A stretch of 64,000 nucleotides of DNA from Paraspadella gotoi (Eukaryota > Animalia > Chaetognatha): contig CM119266.1 in NCBI GenBank assembly GCA_051294375.1, positions 13,270,735 to 13,334,734 on the forward strand, written 5' to 3'. The notes below the pieces were generated by a model that worked only from the letters and a program-made list of their open reading frames with translations, made no database searches and had not been told where the DNA came from. The first letter of the stretch is position 1, and the number at the start of each line of letters is the position of its first letter. The position numbers were made by a program, and so were the translations under genes. Positions 56,059-64,000 of this stretch are shown piece after piece.

Positions 56059-57357
56059 TTAAAGTCTCGGATCTTTAGTATTTGTTGTCGTTAGTACTTG
56101 CCAATCCAAGTTTTCGTGGGAGAGATCTTCGTGTTCAGTGGGAATTTTAATCCGATGTCTCTGGAGCAGAGGATCGACGGGAGGACGGAGGCTGCGAGGA
56201 AACGGTTCCCCGCCGACGGTGGAGGGCGCCGCGGATAAGGGAGCTAAAGAGGACAACGCCGCCAACGACGTCGGTTCCATGGAATCGTCGAGGTGATCTT
56301 CGGCCACGCGAAACCGTTGTGGCGACGAGGAATCGACGACGGCAAGGCGACGCTGTTTCCGTTCATGCCGCTCGGTAAAAGGTTGCTGCGGGTCATATGG
56401 TTGCGGCGTTTCGCGCGGCACCGTCGAGTAAATTGTAAAAAAGTTTGTGGAGGGAAGCTACGAAGCGAAAAGAATTATATTAGTCGATTAATTCGTAGTA
56501 ATTTTTTTTATTATTAGTAATTAGTAATTTTTTTTTTCATTTGGGGTTTTAAAATTCACTAATTCATTAATTAATTCAATTCACTGATTGATTCATTCAT
56601 TCATTGAACGCAAGTTTTTCTACGTTAGACACTCGACCTGCAACGAAGGCACTTCGTCCTCAACGGCGCCGGCAAAGGCAGATCCAGATTCCATCGATGC
56701 AATTTCGAGTTTGTGAACCAAAGACGAATCGACGCTGGGGATCGTTGTTGCGCCGCTGACCGCTTCGCTATTTTCTTGTTCTTCGGAGAGACACAAGTAG
56801 CTCAGGTCAGGGATGACGCCGTTCGCAGTTTCGTCGTCGTCGATCTCATTCGCGGCCACACCTTCCTCTTCAACAGCGCCGAATTCCGCTTCTACGGCGC
56901 TGGATCTCGAATCCGCGGCTCTAGATTCCACTTCCACAGCGCCGAATCCCGCTTCCACGGCACCATGTCCAGCTCTAAAGTCATCAGACTCAGGTTTTAC
57001 AGTAACTGATCCCGCTTCCACGGCGCCGAATCCCGCTTCCACGGCACGAAATCCCGCTTCCACAGCGCTGGTTTCCGCTTCCATGGAGCCGGATCCTGCC
57101 TCCGAGGCACCAGATCTGGCTTCCGTAGTACTAAATCCTATTTCCGCTTCCAAGGCGCCGGAATCCACTTCGGGGTTTCTTAAGTCTGTGTCGAGTGTTG
57201 GAAAGGCGCCTTCGCTGGAGAGAAAGGCATCTGACGATCCCATAGAGAGAGAGATGCTGGAACTGACGCGTGACGCCGCTGGGGAGAGGATGGAGGAAGA
57301 GCGCCGGGGGCGTGACTCAACGTGGGACACTTCGTAGAGATGTCCTAGGAATGGGAG

Positions 57358-57426
<69 letters not shown>

Positions 57427-57429
57427 AAA

Positions 57430-57515
<86 letters not shown>

Positions 57516-60500
57516 GACCTATATTAACTACATACAAATTCGACTACACTCGAAAAGACTGCACGCAATTTTTTCGATTTTCTTCCGGATCACGTGCGTT
57601 ATTCATAGTTCATAAAGATTTTTGCTTTTCTCTTTCTTGAGTGTATTATAATTTCTTCAAACAAGAAAACTACTACAATTAATTAGCCTATTATCCTCGA
57701 CCCTATTGTATCGTGCTCAGTGCTCACCGACTGGCGTCTTCGAAAGACCAAGTTCCTTCAGTGGAGGCTCCAAGGCGACCTCCTTCTTCCAAACGCTCGT
57801 CCGCTCGAGATCTGCGCTGACAAGGAAGCGCAGGACGTCCGCGTCCCTCATCGTCTGGAGGTTGGTTACAACGGATTGCCAAACCTGATTGAAAAGAACT
57901 TGTTTAGTCGATTTGTCTGTTCCTCATTTACTATGGAATACGTATTATGTTGTTTGTACAAAGCTTTAATTTCTGAAGAATTTAAAATTCAACTTTATGC
58001 TCCTTTAAAATAGTAATCTTCTTAGTTAGACAAATTCTTTAAGTCACGAACATACATAGTCTGATCGAAAGAGAAACTAATTTATTCTTGAATTATTCAA
58101 TATTAGTCACTCCAGAACTAAAACCAACACGTCCAACAAGTTCAAAACAGAGAATTCATGCTGACGAAGGATTTTACTTTTTTGGGCTATATATTTCTCA
58201 GAAGTAAATGCCTTCGAGAAACTTCGCAAAACGTACGAAACTCTGTCACGATAGTTACGCAAGAAGTATTTTTCTCCGCTTCTTAAGGCCTTTTTTTTGG
58301 TAGTTTTCAAATTGTTTTTTCAACATTACTAAATAAAACGATTTTTTTAAAAATAGTTTAATTCTTTGGAAATTGAATCTCAATAACAAAAAATGGACGC
58401 AAATTCCTCGCGAACTTTGCCGCCTTCTTGGAACCCTCGAAAGATTGGGTGAAGGAAGCGAAGGCGAAGACGATGCACATCTTCGAGCTGCTGGAAAAGT
58501 ATTCAAGCATTCCGAAGGCCCGTTGCAAGCTCGTCGGAGGATTGGCCAAGCGGACGTCGACTCGGTTGAAGGCCGATATCGACGCCGTTGTCTTCTACGA
58601 GGACGACGATGGAAAGTTAAAACGTTCCAAGGTTTTGGCCGAATGGGAAAAAGTCCTCGTGGAACAGACCGAATTGGACATCGTCGATTTTCGCGCCACG
58701 CCTTGTCTCATTTCCTTCACTTACCAAGGGGTCCCCTTCGATCTCGTCGCTGTCCGAAACAATGTCAATGACGGGGAGATGCCCGATCGGGAGCAGATGC
58801 GCAACGATCTGGCCGAAGTCAAGCGGACCTCTGATCCCCTTCAAGCCGCAAAAGATCTGACCCTCTCGTCTCAGAGTGTTAAATGGATGAAAACAAAGCG
58901 GCCAATCGCCATCGAGATCGCGCGATTGGCCAAATTCTGGTCGCAGACCATTCTCTTTGACGAGGTCGTCATGGGTAAATCGTACATCTTCGAGTTGCTG
59001 GCCATCCGGGCGGTTTGCACGCAATCCGAGAATGGGACCGCGCCCACGTTTGCGGGGAGTTTTAGAAGATTTCTCGGTCTTGTCAAAGACATCGAGATAT
59101 TGAATATCGTCTTTCATCACATCAACGGCGATTGGTACGGATTGGACGAAATCCCGCTCGAGGTGCGAAGCCAGGAGCCGCTCCTCATGGATCCCGTCAA
59201 CCCTTACAAAAACCTGCTTGACATCAGCGACAACGTCAGGGACGAGTTTTTCCAAGTCTTCAGTCAGGCGGCAGCCCAGACCCTCCGACGCCTTGACGAC
59301 GCCCAAAATCAACTGAAGATAAAACAGAACATCGACGCATCCGTCCTCTTGGGCGACCTTTTCCTGCCGCAACCTACGATTGAAACAATGGGTTACCCGC
59401 TGGAACTTTCCGACATTGTCGTAAGTTCCAGTTTTGGTTCCCCGAGGTTTCCACAAATGAATCTCGTTCATTTTCCACGAATTACCGACTTTGAAAAAAA
59501 ACAATACACAACATTTTTGGAATCGCTGTTGCTCAACGTCTCGTCAGTCGTCTTCATCAGACTCTGGTTCTGCCAGCAAAGCGGATTCAACAAACCCGAG
59601 GTCGCGAGGAACGCTGCCCAAATAGCAAAGTGCTTTCTTGACGGCCGCATCACCAATCAACGAGTCTTCACTGGGAAAGCTTGCTACTTCAAGATTCCTG
59701 TCGGGGTAAAGAGAAAGGTTCTCGTTGCATTTGATTTGTTTGTTGAACGACAAGGGAAAGTCGACTACCTACGCCGGATGCAAAGTAATCACGACAGGAG
59801 AAGAAACGAGATACAAAGATTGCAACTGTTGCAATACCAATATGAATCTCGATGAACAGTTTTTTATTCAAAGTGTTAAAAAATAGTACATCGTTTAATT
59901 GACATAAAAGCCAAGAACGCTGGGACTTAACTGTAAATTAGTCTGTGATAGAGTCTTGATTGAAAGTTTGCTGGGTCTCGCGAGAGAGATAGAGGCTTTT
60001 ACCTAACTAAAATCAGGGGCAAAATAGTATGGTGGATTAAAATCCACCAACCGTTCATCAGCGGCCATTGGTGCCGGAGGCAAGTCATTCGCCTCCCAAC
60101 CCAAAGGTCCGGGGTTCTCGCCCGGTGGCCGGCCTAGCAGTTAAGAGGGACGGGGCGCCTAACCCGCCTGTAACATGGTGTTACAGCCTGATCCGAAGCT
60201 CAGGGACTGTCATTAACACATATCAATAATTACTGTCTCTTCAATAGCTTGTTGAATGAACGAATATTTTTTTTATTGGTTGTACCAATTTCAATTTTAT
60301 AAATATGTTCGAAATGTCGATTTTTAATTATGTACAAAGAACTTCTTGACACCTACGTAGCTGGTTATTAATCACTATAAACCAGAATTATTTTATTTGT
60401 ATGTATGCACTGATACATCTTTCTTATCTTCTCACACAATAAAAATCTCACAAACATCATTTGTTGCAAAATTACATTCGATGATTAACAAATTAGTTAA

Positions 60501-63500
60501 TAATCTGCAGTATTTCGCTTTTTTTTTTCTCCGACCCTACTTCTAAGCACGTTCCTTCAGCATCACTTTAAACTCACCCTCAGATTGTCTTCCTTCCATT
60601 TTCCTGTCAGTGACACCCCGAGATTCTCCGCTTCAGGTAAAGTGACGGAGATTCGATCCACGTTGGTCCCTGGAGTCACCTTCGTAAATAGTTATTTACA
60701 ATGTCACAAATTGGAAATTGGGACACGGATAGACCGCTAGAAAATGATGCAGTGTTTACGGCGTTATTCAGCAAGAAAACTGACCCTGGCCTCGACGTGG
60801 ACGACGTTGGCGTGAGGACTGCAGAAGTTGACGACGAGTTTGGCGTCGCCGTCGGGGAATTCCTGGACAAAGCTGCGTTCGCGGCATTTCGTTGCGGAGA
60901 AGTTGGACACTTCCTTCCAACGACGAAAACCCGTCGTGGATTCGATCTCATAGGAAGTTGTTTAAAAAACATTATTAATTTTGAGGAAAATTTAGTTATA
61001 TTTTTGGGTTTAAAATATTGCCAACAGAGTTGTCATATATTTTGAGGTTCTAAATCTGAATTATCAACTATACAGTTAGTTTAGGGATAAACATCATGTC
61101 CATTGTCAATGTAAATTGGTAATGACTTAATTAGTGCACAACTTAANNNNNNNNNNTTCAAATTTCTTCTGACTTGACGTATTTTCTTACCGGAAGTCGG
61201 TCAACGTCTGTGAGGCTTCGTTTCTCTCTAAGATTCGTCTTGATTTCCGGAAATTGGATTTCGTTTGTCAGAGTCTCGTGGCCCAAAAATTCCTACCAAA
61301 AAAAAGCGCATAAGATTTTACAATTTACATATGACTATTATGAACTATGAACGTTACAATTTTTAGTTTTTAAGCACAATTTATTTCAATTGAGTGATCA
61401 CTTTTCTGTCGAGACTTATTTATAAAAAATTAAAAAGTGTATAGGTGTGTGAGCAAGCCAAAGAATTGGTCGAACGACAATGCAAACGGTTCTTCCCGCA
61501 ACGTTATCTCCCCTGTCCTGACCTGCACTTGATTCAAGAGGCTCTTGATGTCCTGTTTCGAAGGAAGGCATTCGACGAGATACTTCATGAAGACGCTGCC
61601 GATGCCTTCCATCTCGTAGGCCTGGTTGTTGAAGGAGGCGGCGTAGGCGACGACGGTGTTGCCGGCAGCCGAGGGAGTAAAGGTCAGGTCGGGGCTGTTG
61701 TCCGATTTGGCGCGACACATGTCGAGGACGACCGTGTTGAGGGCGGTGGGTTTGTCTTGAAGGGCCTGAGGGGGGAGAACAAAGGCGACGATTTATTTTT
61801 GAAAATTACCAATATTGCCAATACATGAAATGGCGTCTACGCTATTATATCACACAAAATCGGAAATATGTAAATGAGATTAGGATAATTTATGTCATTT
61901 TGAACAAACCACAAACCGTTTAGCCAAAATTCATTTCATAATAACGAAAACATCGACTATACAAAATTGACACTTGATAAGTATTGGAATGACATAATTA
62001 ATCATTACACAACAATGACAATAGCAAATGACTTCAAGAACTACAACAAAAACAAAAATAACAAATAACGACAACAAAAACGAAAAAAACGAACAACAGC
62101 AGCATCAGCAGCATCAGCAGCAGCAAGAGCAGCCCACCTGCAGAACTCCTCGACGCAGAGGCAGCCGTCGAAGTCGAGGTCGAACTCTTGCGGCGCCGAC
62201 GGCGGAAGGAGGTAAGTTTGACCGGAAGATTCGAACCCGTGACCGCTGTAGGCGAAGAAGGCGTAGCACTGCGGCGACAACGCCTCCACGAAGGCGTGCA
62301 TCGCCGCCCGCATCTCCGCCAGATCGAGGTCCATGAGGGACACCACCTGGAGGAGAGAGAGGAAGAGACGAAATGAATAATAATTCGAATTTCCGTCACA
62401 ATTCTATTCAACAACGAAAATAATGATAAACATGATGAAAATTCTATTTCGTTTATTTGTTTAATAGTTAGCGAGCTATCTATTAGATAGATGGATAGAT
62501 AGAAGATTGATTGATAGATACATGGATTGATTTACTGAAAGTTTACTATTTTCAGTCATTGTTTTACATGACAGATAGTTTCTTGATGGATCGATAGACC
62601 AGCTCCACCTCGGAATCTTCCTACCAGGATTGACGTTTCCCTTCTCACCCTCGGTCCTCACCTCGAAACCGAGTTGATTCCTCAACACTTCCGTCAACTT
62701 CCTCATATCGTTCTCGACTCCCGTCAGTTTGTCCAGATGGTCGTAGTCTCCGTTGCCGATGAGGAGGGCCACTTTCCCGTGGGCCCATAACGCGCCTGAG
62801 GAGGGAGTTGATAATTAGGATCTTGAGAAGGTCGTAATCCTGTTTTGGAACCCAAATTTACAATGAATCATTGATAATTTAAGTACGGATATTTTCTTTT
62901 TGACTATTTTTTTTTTTTCAGAACGTAAGTGTCATCCTTTTTTGTTGTTGTCGTCGTTGAGAATGTCGTTGAGGCGCGTCGGAGACAATATTGTGGACAA
63001 TCTCAAAGACTTTAAACTTACCGATGTATATTATTATTAATCATTGTCTATTTGATTCGTGTCTATTTATATTATTGTTTCCCCTTCCAGCCCTGCGCGC
63101 ATCGTGCGTTTATTTCGTCGTCGTCGTCGTTGTTGTTGTCGATTGACGCCACGAGCAAGCTCCTCCAAGTTACCCGTTGCGGCTGGATTGACTTTGAGCC
63201 GATACTTCGTTGGAGAGAGTCTCGCCGAAGACGTTGGAGACGCAGCACTGGTACTTCCCCTGATCCTTCGTCTGAGCGCGTTGGATTTCAAGAAGATTGG
63301 ATTCTTCCCCTTTTGATAAAAAAAATTAATTTTTGGATTTAGAATACTCTCATTAATATTCTAATTAACTACTAACTACCAACCCATTAACCTTTGAGCG
63401 TTTTGCCATCCTTGTGCCATCTGAAAGAGAGTGGACCCAATCCATCGGCGACGCACTTGAGTGGCGAGGCCGTTGACGCTGACGCTAGATCCGAAGGCTG

Positions 63501-63559
63501 CTCCACCACCGTCGGGGTGGGCGAATTGGGATATGGGATTCCTGGATGTGGACGGGAGG
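56059..63559 (-). CDS. MALT1: MALT1-like (type 1) paracaspase: Ig domain, caspase-like domain, Ig3-like domain, long acidic tail; 5' part beyond the window
   Basis: Exons 63559..63392 and 63309..63174 (Ig: EQP..LKCVADG.GPLSFRWHKDG / DQGKYQCCVSNVFG), 62795..62662 (KVALLIGNGDY), 62346..62138 (VVSLMDL..EM; YSGHG catalytic His), 61765..61523 (LDMCR catalytic Cys; VFMKYL), 61292..61191 (EKRSLTD), ~60946..60785, 60679..60578, 57884..57728 (NLQTMRD..KKEVALEPPLKEL), 57344..56638, 56457..56059. Two junctions need a 1-nt correction. Confidence 0.9.
56870..57170 (-). repeat. Coding 21 bp (7 aa, AVEAGFG-like) tandem repeat in the paracaspase tail
   Basis: AVEAGFR AVEAGFG AVEAGSV ... AVEAGFG AVEVESR ... 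AVEAEFG; DNA unit cccgcttccacggcgccgaat. Confidence 0.85.
58393..59855 (+). CDS. 2'-5'-oligoadenylate synthetase (OAS)-family nucleotidyltransferase, intronless, nested antisense in a paracaspase intron
   Basis: VGGLAKRTSTRLKADIDAVVF (cf. GGS.GKGT.L...SDADLVVF), third Asp in VPFDLV, ARLAKFW, KSYIFELLAI, FRRFLGLV, PLLMDPVNPYKNL. The ATG at 58393 is 1 nt out of frame with ORF 58428..59855; first in-frame ATG is 58473. Confidence 0.9.
60028..60243 (+). mobile_element. tRNA(Gly)-like SINE-type repeat, copy 2
   Basis: Head gcggccattggtgccggagg..tcgcctcccaa..ccggggttctcgccc resembles tRNA-Gly(CCC) with A/B-box-like motifs; hairpins tggtggat-taaa-atccacca and ctgtaaca-tgg-tgttacag; second copy at 27481..27715. 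Confidence 0.75.
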
Positions 63560-63740
63560 CTGGGAGAATTTGAATAAGGTAATTAATTCAACAAATAGAC
63601 GGTACATTCAATAGATATAAGGAAATTATTAAATAAGGGAAATTATAAAACCTAAACTCGAAAGTCATGAAAAAGCTTAAAACAATCATACTGTGGCGAA
63701 TCCTAAATTCGCCTCCCGTATAGCTTGGTGAAACTCAGCT

Positions 63741-63960
63741 CGTCCCATTGGCTTGGACAGCTAAGTACTCGTTCACCAACCGTGAGTTCCGGGTTCAATC
63801 CCATCACGGTCACGCTGGTTAAAGTGTGATGGTGTCGGCATAAACACTCCAGTGGTCACTGCAGGTCCAAAGCCCTGAGCGCCAGCTGTCGGGAGATGCC
63901 TCACACCCCAGGCATCACGCATGTCCCTCCGTTGCCATAATACAAAGAATCTTGACAACC
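63741..63960 (+). mobile_element. Putative tRNA-derived SINE of a second family in a paracaspase intron
   Basis: A-box-like tggcttggacag and B-box ggttcaatcc at tRNA-like spacing, followed by a GC-balanced non-coding body; single copy in the window. Confidence 0.45.
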
Positions 63961-64000
63961 GTCAGCTTTCTTACCATCTCCAAATGCAATTGAGTGCGCG

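Noticed and set aside
58617-59504. 295 aa minus-strand ORF that could be a paracaspase exon
   Set aside because: Codon-register shadow of the OAS gene; the Ig3 domain is continuous without it.
58393-59855. Bacterial contamination or a CBASS operon
   Set aside because: The ORF is embedded between spliceosomal exons of an animal gene, has OAS-type C-terminal motifs and has no operonic neighbours.
60060-60135. Functional tRNA-Gly gene
   Set aside because: Arms and boxes are degenerate and the sequence is part of a longer dispersed repeat.

Overview
Gene-dense animal (invertebrate-like) genomic DNA: GC-rich exons, AT-rich GT-AG introns, many (CT)n/(GA)n microsatellites and four N gaps. Most ORF-track entries are shadows, so the genes were rebuilt by hand from splice sites and codon phase. 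In order: a CD225/dispanin gene; CFAP107; a signal-anchored GalT/HIT-fold gene; a PNP_UDP_1 (Pfs-type nucleoside phosphorylase) gene whose 16.65 kb intron holds an antisense block of nested genes (calmodulin-like, a charged ORF, a ~1400 aa C2H2 protein, an almost intronless ABCC1/MRP); a complete 12-exon G-alpha-s gene; and a MALT1-type paracaspase. The most striking feature is an intronless OAS-family nucleotidyltransferase nested antisense in an intron that splits the paracaspase Ig3 domain. About 4.0-12.2 kb is repeated at 12.3-20.6 kb as an indel-riddled copy, most likely a gap-filling artefact. Also present: tRNA-derived SINE-like elements, MITE/foldback palindromes and a minimal hammerhead ribozyme motif. 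Family calls rest on recognised motifs; no database searches were run.
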